Part shown: positions 44,269-51,640 of the stretch, piece by piece
How the letters are laid out: each line of letters begins with the position of its first letter
Numbering within the stretch: the first letter of the stretch is position 1
NCBI GenBank assembly: GCA_964424195.1
Contig: CAYRHT010000001.1
Location: 207,542 to 271,541 of the forward strand
DNA from: an uncultured Gammaproteobacteria bacterium
Lineage (GTDB): Bacteria; Patescibacteriota; Patescibacteriia; UBA1558; S5-K13
Length of the DNA: 64,000 bases
Direction of reading: 5' to 3'
Position numbers and translations under genes: made by a program
The notes under the pieces: generated by a model
The model's database searches: none
What the model was told of the DNA's origin: nothing
The model's input: the letters and a program-made list of their open reading frames with translations, nothing else

Positions 44269-47200
44269 ATGAATAAACAAGAAGCAAAAAATCTCATTGA
44301 AAATACTTTTAGCAGTGATTTTGATGCAGATAAATATCAAAAGTTTGTAGTAAATCTTTTCAAAAAATATTCTGAAAGTAATTCTTCTCCTACAATAAAA
44401 AATGCTTATCAAGCTTTCATAACTAAATACACAATAATCGGAACTTTTGAAGATAGTGAAAACAATAAGATAGATATCTTGGAAGTTCATCTAAGTAAAG
44501 AATCAACATTAGAACGAGCTAGAACAGCTCAAAGAAACTTTGTAGCAGAATATCTTAAATCAAGAAACAAGGAAGCCGCTTTAGTTGCTTTCATTTCACC
44601 TAATAATAAGGAGTGGCGATTATCTTTTGTAAAATTAGAGCACACATTAGAAGTAATTGACAAAAAAATAAAAGCAAAAGAAGAAATAACTCTTGCTAAA
44701 AGATGGTCATTTTTAGTAGGAGAATACGAAGGGAGTCATACTGCACAAAGTAGATTCGTGAATTTATTGATGAGTGATAAAGAACCAAATTTAGCAGAGT
44801 TTGAAGTAGCTTTTGATATAGAAATAGTTACAAAAGAATTTTTTAAAAAATACACGGAGTTATTTTTTCAATTTAAAGAAAAACTTGATGAATTGTTAGA
44901 AAAAGATGAAATAATAAAAAAAGATTTTAAAGAAAAAGAAATTTCAACAGTTGATTTTGCTAAAAAAACTCTGGGACAAATTGTTTTTTTATATTTTTTA
45001 CAAAAAAAAGGATGGTTTGGCGTTCCTGCTGATAAAAAATGGGGAGAGGGTCCTAAGAAATTTATAAGAGTATTATTTGAACGACGGGAAAAATATGGTA
45101 GTAATTTTTTTAATGATATTTTAGAACCATTATTTTATGAAGCTCTTGCTCAAGATCGTGGTAAGGAATCGATTTATCCACGATTAAATAATTGTAGGAT
45201 GCCATTTTTAAACGGTGGACTTTTTGAGCCAATGAATGATTATAAATGGGAAACAACTGACATTATAATTCCAGATGAACTTTTTTCAAATAATATAAAG
45301 ACTAAGGAAGGTGATATTGGGACTGGTATTTTAGATGTATTTGATAGATATAATTTTACTGTGAATGAAAATGAGCCATTAGAAAAAGAAGTTGCAGTTG
45401 ATCCTGAAATGTTAGGTAAAGTTTTTGAAAATCTTCTTGACATAAAAGACAGAAAAAGTAAGGGAGCATTTTACACCCCTCGTGAAATTGTTCATTATAT
45501 GTGTCAAGAAAGTCTTATTAATTATCTTGAAACCGAAACTAAAAATAAAATACTACGAGAAGATCTGGAATTTCTTATTCACAAAGGGGATAGAATAATT
45601 GAAAATGATAAGGTGTCTTTAGAAAAAACAAAAGGAGGTAAATATCCAAATGAGTATTATAAAATATTTACACCTGATTCAATTATAGCAAATGTAATAT
45701 TGCTTAATGAATTATTAAAAAATATAAAAGTAGCTGATCCAGCCGTTGGTTCAGGAGCTTTTCCATTAGGAATGATTAATGAGATTGTTCGAGCTAGAAA
45801 AGTTTTGAATATTTATCTTAATGAAGATGTTTCTGATTATGAATTAAAAAAACATGCTATAACTCACTCTATTTATGGAGTTGATATTGATTCTGGAGCG
45901 GTGGATATTGCTAAACTTCGTCTTTGGTTAGCGCTAGTTGTGGATGAAGATACTCCTCATCCCCTTCCTAATCTTGAACATAAAATAATGCAAGGAAATA
46001 GTTTAATTTCTGAATATGAAGGAATAAAATTATTTGATGATTCTATTTTAGATGATGCTCGAATTATTAAAGACGGAAAAGATGTAACTGATGAAAAAAT
46101 TTCTTTGTTACAAAAAGAATATTTTAATCTTCATGCCAATAAACAGTTAACTGCTACCAAGGAAATAGAGATAAAAAAAGAGATTAAATCACTTCAACGA
46201 AAATCAAAAGATTTTGTTAATAAATTAGAAGTATTTAAAGGAAATGCTAGTATTTTTGATGTTCCAGAAAAAAGGAAGATTGCTCAAGAGAAGACTGTTC
46301 TTTTGCAAAGAAAAATTAAGGAATATATTTCTGAATCACGAAGAAGTCAAAAACAAAATCTTAAGGAAGAAATTGATAATTTAAAATGGGATCTTATTGA
46401 AGTTTCTTTGGAAGAGCAAAATAAATTAGATGAAAAAAAATTAAAGAAGATTCGAGATTATAAAAAATCAAATACAAAACCTTTTTTTATTTGGAAATTG
46501 GAATTTAGTGATGTTTTTAAGAAAAAAGGTGGCTTTGATATTGTGATTGGAAATCCACCATATGTAAGTGTTAAGAAGATTTCCATAGATAATAAAAAAC
46601 TCTTTTCTGAATTATTTGAGACTGGAAAAGGTAGATTTAATCTTTTTACTTTGTTTTTAGAAAAAGGACAAAAGTTATTAAAATCCGATGGCGTTTTAAG
46701 TTATATTTTACCAGAAGTATTGTACACAAATTCAGAATATAGATATATTAGAAAATACTTATTAGAGAAGACACAAATACTTTCTATTTCCAATTTTTCC
46801 TCGCGTGTCTTTGAGGCTTCTGTAGATACGTCCGTCATAGTCATAAAAAATGGGTACAATCAAAAATCTAAAATAAAAGTATTATTAGACCTGTCTTCAG
46901 TTATCACAACAATTAAACAAGCTGAAATTAACGACATCATCTTAACTAAAAACCCCGATAGTGTTAAGTCTATTTTAGACAAAATAAACTTAGGAAAGGA
47001 CAGGCTATCTAATATTATTGAAGTACAACAAGGTATAATATACTCTGGTCAAAAAAAAGAAGATGTATTTTCTAATAAAAAATTCGATAGCACATATAAA
47101 AAAATATTAGATGGTAGGGATATAAGTAAATACTCAATTAATTATAATTTTAAAAAAGAAAACAGGTACATTAAATATACAAGACAATTACATAGACCAA

Positions 47201-47655
47201 GAGAAGAAAGACTGTTTTTAGCAGAAGAGAAAATAATTTTTCCTAGAAGAAGTATGTTTTTCATGTGCACTATCGATTTCAAACAGTTTTATCTTTTGAA
47301 TACAGCGTATATTTGCTTATTAACAAATTCTAAGTATTCTTTAAAATATATTTTAGGTATTCTTAATTCCAAAGTTGTAAATTTTTTATATTCAAAAACT
47401 TATATTGGTTGGCAGATTACGATTCCAGCCATAAATGCATTACCTATTCCTGAAATTACGCCTAATGAGCAAAAACCCTTTATCGATCTCGTAGATCAAA
47501 TTTTAGAAATTACTTCTCAAGAAAATTATGATTTCAAAAACTCACCAATTCAGCAAAGGGAACTAGAAAAGAAAATAGATGAAATGGTTTATGAATTATA
47601 TGGATTAACTAAAGAAGAGATTGGGGTTATTGAAGAGAGTTTTAATAAAGTATAA
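44269..47655 (+). CDS. N6-adenine DNA methyltransferase, gamma-class, PglX/Eco57I/type IIG-like (large)
   Basis: 1128 aa; motif X/I GAFYTPREIVHYM and ADPAVGSGAFPLGM; motif IV VIGNPPYV; PFLNGGLFEP and LPNLEHKIMQGNSLI blocks typical of BREX PglX / DISARM DrmMI / Eco57I-like enzymes; C-terminal target-recognition-like region. Confidence 0.8.
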   Translation: MNKQEAKNLIENTFSSDFDADKYQKFVVNLFKKYSESNSSPTIKNAYQAFITKYTIIGTFEDSENNKIDILEVHLSKESTLERARTAQRNFVAEYLKSRNKEAALVAFISPNNKEWRLSFVKLEHTLEVIDKKIKAKEEITLAKRWSFLVGEYEGSHTAQSRFVNLLMSDKEPNLAEFEVAFDIEIVTKEFFKKYTELFFQFKEKLDELLEKDEIIKKDFKEKEISTVDFAKKTLGQIVFLYFLQKKGWFGVPADKKWGEGPKKFIRVLFERREKYGSNFFNDILEPLFYEALAQDRGKESIYPRLNNCRMPFLNGGLFEPMNDYKWETTDIIIPDELFSNNIKTKEGDIGTGILDVFDRYNFTVNENEPLEKEVAVDPEMLGKVFENLLDIKDRKSKGAFYTPREIVHYMCQESLINYLETETKNKILREDLEFLIHKGDRIIENDKVSLEKTKGGKYPNEYYKIFTPDSIIANVILLNELLKNIKVADPAVGSGAFPLGMINEIVRARKVLNIYLNEDVSDYELKKHAITHSIYGVDIDSGAVDIAKLRLWLALVVDEDTPHPLPNLEHKIMQGNSLISEYEGIKLFDDSILDDARIIKDGKDVTDEKISLLQKEYFNLHANKQLTATKEIEIKKEIKSLQRKSKDFVNKLEVFKGNASIFDVPEKRKIAQEKTVLLQRKIKEYISESRRSQKQNLKEEIDNLKWDLIEVSLEEQNKLDEKKLKKIRDYKKSNTKPFFIWKLEFSDVFKKKGGFDIVIGNPPYVSVKKISIDNKKLFSELFETGKGRFNLFTLFLEKGQKLLKSDGVLSYILPEVLYTNSEYRYIRKYLLEKTQILSISNFSSRVFEASVDTSVIVIKNGYNQKSKIKVLLDLSSVITTIKQAEINDIILTKNPDSVKSILDKINLGKDRLSNIIEVQQGIIYSGQKKEDVFSNKKFDSTYKKILDGRDISKYSINYNFKKENRYIKYTRQLHRPREERLFLAEEKIIFPRRSMFFMCTIDFKQFYLLNTAYICLLTNSKYSLKYILGILNSKVVNFLYSKTYIGWQITIPAINALPIPEITPNEQKPFIDLVDQILEITSQENYDFKNSPIQQRELEKKIDEMVYELYGLTKEEIGVIEESFNKV

Positions 47656-47669
47656 TCTATAAAAGTATT

Positions 47670-48809
47670 ATGGAAAAAAATAAACAACAAAATAGCTCAC
47701 GTCCTAATCAAAAGACAGCAATAAAACTTTTAATTGCTTCTGGCGGTCGTTGTTCTTTTAACGGTTGTAATGAATATTTATTAAAAGATAATTTAACTCT
47801 TCGTGAATATAATGCTAGTAACATTGCTCATATTGTTGCTTTAAAAAAGAATGGTCCTAGAGGAGACAGTAAATTAACAATAAATGAAAGAAATGAAATT
47901 GATAATTTAATGTTAGTTTGTCGAAAACATCATTGTTTGATTGATAATAAAAGTTTAGTTAAAAAATATCCTGTTAATTTATTAAAAAAATATAAAAGAG
48001 AGCATGAAAATAGAATTTTTAGATTAACTGGACTATCTCCAGAGAGAAAAACAAAAGTAATTATTTTTAAGTTTAAAATTGGTAACGATTTGGTTAAAAT
48101 TTCTAATGAAGATATTTATGAGGCAATTCATCCTTATTATCCAGTGGATAATAGTGTAGAGATTGATTGTACTATTGGTGACTTGGGAACAAAAAAATAT
48201 TATGAATGTATTGTAGAGCATATTAAAACAAAAGTAGATAATTTTAATAATTTTGAAAATGTTAAGCACGTTTCCGTTTTTGCTTTAGCTCCTATTCCTT
48301 TGCTTATATATCTTGGTAATTGTTTAAGTAATAAAGTAAAACTAGAATTATTTCAAAGACATAGAACTGTTCCCGAGACATGGAAATGGAAAACACGGCA
48401 GAAGGTTAGTAATTTTGAATTTAAACAAGTAAACAAAAATAAAAATAAAAATGAAGTGGGTTTAATACTTGAACTTAGTGGTTCTGTTAACTTAGATACA
48501 ATTCCAAGAAAAATTATAAATAATTTACCTGTTTATAAAATAACATTAAAAAATGAAGAATTAACACCAACGTTTTTAAAATCTAGAAAAACTTTAAATA
48601 ATTTTAAGGAGGTTTATCAATCTGCATTAAGAAAAATAAGTCAAGGGGGAAAAACGAAAAAAATTCATTTATTTCCAGCTGTGCCAGCACCCATTGCAGT
48701 ATTGCTTGGAAGAGAAGTGTTAAAAAAAATTGATCCCGATATTCTAGTATACGATAATAATAAACAAAAAGGGGGATTTTATCCCGTATTAACAATAAAA
48801 AATAAATAA
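47670..48809 (+). CDS. HNH endonuclease fused to a C-terminal sensor-like domain (possibly SAVED-like; Cap5-like architecture)
   Basis: 379 aa; N-terminal HNH (CSFNGC ... AHIVAL ... NLMLVCRKHHC). The C-terminal roughly 250 aa has an alpha/beta character with VSVFALAPIPLLIYLG and IHLFPAVPAPIAVLLG motifs. Similarity to SAVED is an impression, not a demonstrated match. Confidence 0.55.
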   Translation: MEKNKQQNSSRPNQKTAIKLLIASGGRCSFNGCNEYLLKDNLTLREYNASNIAHIVALKKNGPRGDSKLTINERNEIDNLMLVCRKHHCLIDNKSLVKKYPVNLLKKYKREHENRIFRLTGLSPERKTKVIIFKFKIGNDLVKISNEDIYEAIHPYYPVDNSVEIDCTIGDLGTKKYYECIVEHIKTKVDNFNNFENVKHVSVFALAPIPLLIYLGNCLSNKVKLELFQRHRTVPETWKWKTRQKVSNFEFKQVNKNKNKNEVGLILELSGSVNLDTIPRKIINNLPVYKITLKNEELTPTFLKSRKTLNNFKEVYQSALRKISQGGKTKKIHLFPAVPAPIAVLLGREVLKKIDPDILVYDNNKQKGGFYPVLTIKNK

Positions 48810-48810
48810 T

Positions 48811-50142
48811 ATGAAAATTAATGATTTTTTGAATGATATAATTTCGAGTCAAGATATAAAAAAAGATGATGAAGAAATAAAAAAATTACAAGATGAAAGA
48901 GAAAAGGTACAAACTCTTGTGAATGATTCTTATGGTGATACAAAGAAAATGATTAGATATGGTGGTTCTTATGCTAAAGATACAATGATAAGGGATAGTT
49001 TTGATTTAGATATTCTTTGTTATTTTCATGCAGATGAAACAACGGCTGGTAACACTTTAGAAGAAATTTATGATAATCTAAAGGAAGTTCTTTCAGAAGA
49101 ATATTATATAGATCCTAAAAGATCCGCTATTAGGTTAAAAAATAAAGATGATGAAGTTGATTTTCATATCGATTTTGTGCCAGGAAGATTTGTTGAGGGA
49201 AAAGAAGGTGATGCTTTTCTATATCAAAAGGGAGCTGAGAAAGATCGTCTTAAAACAAATCCAGACAAACATATTAAATACATAAAGGAAAGTCAGTTAA
49301 CAGATATAATAAAATTAATTAAAATATGGAAATGTATTTACAATATTGATTTAAAAACTTTTATTCTGGAATTGTTAATTGTTAAAATCTTAAAAGATAG
49401 TAAGAAAAAGTCAATTTCAGAAAAATTAGAAATATTTTTTACAAAAATAAAAGACGAAGTTGGAAATATGACAATTGAAGATCCTGCTAATTCTAATAAT
49501 GATTTATCAGAACTATTTGATCAAAAAATTAGAGATACTTTAAAACAATACGCTCAGACAGCTATAGATAATATTGAAGAAGAGGATTGGTTGGGAGTAT
49601 TTGATAATAAATTTGAAATTGATGATGAAACGGAAGAAAGTGATGACAATAAATCTTTGGCTTTAATGGATATATCTCATTGTCAACAACCAAAATGGTT
49701 AATATCTGAATCTCCTTGTAGTGTAGAAATAAGATGTTTTATTAAAGATAAAAACGGCGAGGATAGAGAGGAACTTAAGTCAGATGATAAAAATATAGTA
49801 GATGATTTGATATTAGAATATAGGGCTGAAGTTTCTAATTGTTTTGATGATTACGATATTTATTGGCAAGTGGTGAATACTGGGTATCACGCTGAAAGAG
49901 ATGATGGATTAAGAGGGGAGTTTTTTAAGGGTAAGGATTTAGTCGGAGATTTAACTGAAGATCAGAGGTTGAATTATGAGTTTAGCATGTATAGAGGGAA
50001 ACATTGGATAGAATGTTTTATTGTTAGGGATAATAATTTATTAGCTAGGAGTGGTCGTTTTTATGTGAATATTTTACCAACTTTTAAAAAACCTAGAATA
50101 AAGAAACGTAATAGCATTCCTTATTATAGACGTAAATATTAA
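48811..50142 (+). CDS. CD-NTase/SMODS-like minimal nucleotidyltransferase with a C-terminal extension of unknown function
   Basis: 443 aa; pol-beta NTase signature GGSYAKDTMIRDSFDLDI (GS...DxD); third acidic residue in FHIDFVP (h[DE]hhP); helical NTase-associated region with the IKIWK motif; roughly 160-aa Cys-containing C-terminal domain with no recognisable homolog. Confidence 0.55.
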   Translation: MKINDFLNDIISSQDIKKDDEEIKKLQDEREKVQTLVNDSYGDTKKMIRYGGSYAKDTMIRDSFDLDILCYFHADETTAGNTLEEIYDNLKEVLSEEYYIDPKRSAIRLKNKDDEVDFHIDFVPGRFVEGKEGDAFLYQKGAEKDRLKTNPDKHIKYIKESQLTDIIKLIKIWKCIYNIDLKTFILELLIVKILKDSKKKSISEKLEIFFTKIKDEVGNMTIEDPANSNNDLSELFDQKIRDTLKQYAQTAIDNIEEEDWLGVFDNKFEIDDETEESDDNKSLALMDISHCQQPKWLISESPCSVEIRCFIKDKNGEDREELKSDDKNIVDDLILEYRAEVSNCFDDYDIYWQVVNTGYHAERDDGLRGEFFKGKDLVGDLTEDQRLNYEFSMYRGKHWIECFIVRDNNLLARSGRFYVNILPTFKKPRIKKRNSIPYYRRKY

Positions 50143-50158
50143 TTATTTTTAATTTTCA

Positions 50159-50443
50159 AGCGGTGCGCCACGCAAAGCGTGGCACGACCAATGATGTCTT
50201 CTCTCTGCCTACTCCCGTTTTACGGGATTCGGCAAGACGAGAAAGAAAGCCAAAAATTCTCGCCTCGCTTTCGCTCCGGCGAAGCGGGCTAAATTTCAAA
50301 GACGAAGGCGGGCGAAAATCTTTTACCCCCAGACCCCCGCTTTTCGCCCGCCTAAAATTCCGCATTAACCCTTCACTAGAGTTTCGGGTCACAAGTCGGA
50401 TTTTCTCGGAAAAAAGTTCGAATTTCGTTCGGGAGTCCAAGCC
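50159..50443. repeat. GC-rich about 285-bp inverted repeat, copy B (right flank of defense cassette)
   Basis: Reverse complement of copy A (40367-40686) minus the 35-nt block. Its outer end ...GGGAGTCCAAGCC abuts the AAGCCA direct repeat at 50439-50444. Confidence 0.8.
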
Positions 50444-50450
50444 ACCATTA

Positions 50451-50480
50451 AATAGAGCCTAAAGCTCTATTTTTTGTTTT
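50451..50480 (+). terminator. Rho-independent terminator at the right island boundary (putative original tRNA-Asn terminator)
   Basis: AATAGAGC-ctaaa-GCTCTATT followed by TTTTTGTTTTTTT. Confidence 0.55.
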
Positions 50481-50624
50481 TTTAATTTTAAATTTATTTA
50501 TTATTACTAGTTTTTGACATTGGTGTTGACTTATATTTATTAATATTTTATACTTTATCATTATCAAATTATTGGTAATCTTACTAAGAAGTGCTTAGGA
50601 AATTTTTCAAAAAAGGAGGTTGTA

Positions 50625-51035
50625 ATGAAAGCTAATCTTTCTTTGTATGTTGGTTGTGCTTTGACACATGCTCCTGAAGAGTTTAAACAAAATGTGCAAA
50701 CTCTGAAGGATAGACTAAAAGAAGTTTGTAATGTTCTAGAGTTTGTTGGTTTAACCAATGGTACTAACAATGACGTCTATAACCACGATATTAATGTTTG
50801 TGTTCGTGGTTGTGATCTTTTCGTTGCTATTTGTGATATGCCTTCAATCGGTCTGGGTTATGAATTAGGAACTCAAGTTGAAGACCGTAAAATGCCAGCA
50901 TTAGCCGTTGCTCAGGCGGATCCAATAGTAACTCGTTTGGTTTTAGGAATTCTTAAGCCACATTATAAATTCCAGAGATATAAGGATTTTGATGATCTTT
51001 ATAATATAATCATCAAGAAACTTGAAACACTTTGA
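50625..51035 (+). CDS. Nucleoside 2-deoxyribosyltransferase-like (NDT fold) protein
   Basis: 136 aa; SD AAGGAGG before the ATG; LYVGCAL...; C-terminal block DMPSIGLGYELGTQVEDRKMPALAV resembles the NDT-family D.G..fE.G.A...gKPv motif; terminator hairpin at about 51046-51080. Confidence 0.45.
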   Translation: MKANLSLYVGCALTHAPEEFKQNVQTLKDRLKEVCNVLEFVGLTNGTNNDVYNHDINVCVRGCDLFVAICDMPSIGLGYELGTQVEDRKMPALAVAQADPIVTRLVLGILKPHYKFQRYKDFDDLYNIIIKKLETL

Positions 51036-51317
51036 AAGTGAAAAATTGAGTCGTATGGTTTGCCCAGCGACTCTTTTATTATAAATATTTTTAAGCTCTA
51101 TTTTTTTTGTTTTACAAAACATTATTATGATATAATTAAAATATGATCAAAAAGAAAGTTATTATGTTTATCTTGTATTTAATATTAATATGCAATGTTA
51201 CTGGCATGTTAATCTATTTTTACAAGATTTTTCAAGAAAATCCTCCAAGTTTCATTATTAGAGGTTTTTAATTTATGTTATAATGCATAGTACCTCATTA
51301 AGTAATATACTAAATTT

Positions 51318-51632
51318 ATGGATGCTCAGTTTAAAAAAGGAGTTTTAGAGATAATAGTTTTAAATTTACTTTTGAAAAAAGACTATTATGGTTATGAATT
51401 AGTAGACGAGATGTCAAAAGAAATATCTATTTCTGAAGGAACTATTTATCCTTTATTAACTAGATTAGTAAAATTTAAGTATGTGACAACATATTTAAAA
51501 GAATCTAAATTAGGTCCAGCAAGGAAGTATTACAAATTAAGTTCTCGTGGTAAAGAAAGAGCTCGGAAAATTAAAAATACTTGGATTCTTTTTTCAAAGA
51601 GAGTAAATAATATGTTAAAAAATAATAATTAA
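51318..51632 (+). CDS. PadR-family transcriptional regulator
   Basis: 104 aa; [27 protein letters not shown]...[10 protein letters not shown] winged-helix PadR signature. Confidence 0.75.
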   Translation: MDAQFKKGVLEIIVLNLLLKKDYYGYELVDEMSKEISISEGTIYPLLTRLVKFKYVTTYLKESKLGPARKYYKLSSRGKERARKIKNTWILFSKRVNNMLKNNN

Positions 51633-51640
51633 TTAAATAT

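Larger units (their letters stand above)
38696..50444. mobile_element. About 11.75-kb integrated island at the tRNA-Asn 3-prime end (recombinase module + defense cassette), bounded by the 6-bp direct repeat AAGCCA
   Basis: AAGCCA occurs at 38690-38695 (tRNA 3-prime end) and again at 50439-50444. Immediately after the second copy lies a hairpin+T-run terminator (50451-50480) that would directly follow the tRNA if the island were removed. The island contains the large serine recombinase, nested inverted repeats, and GC-rich repeats atypical for the genome. Confidence 0.6.

Noticed and set aside
50411-50444. Possible degenerate tRNA 3-prime half (GTTCGAA...AAGCCA) at the right island end as a classical attR direct repeat
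   Set aside because: Only GTTCGAA and AAGCCA match the tRNA-Asn 3-prime end. The intervening bases cannot form a T-stem/acceptor stem. The unambiguous shared element is just the 6-bp AAGCCA core, so the longer resemblance is treated as coincidental.
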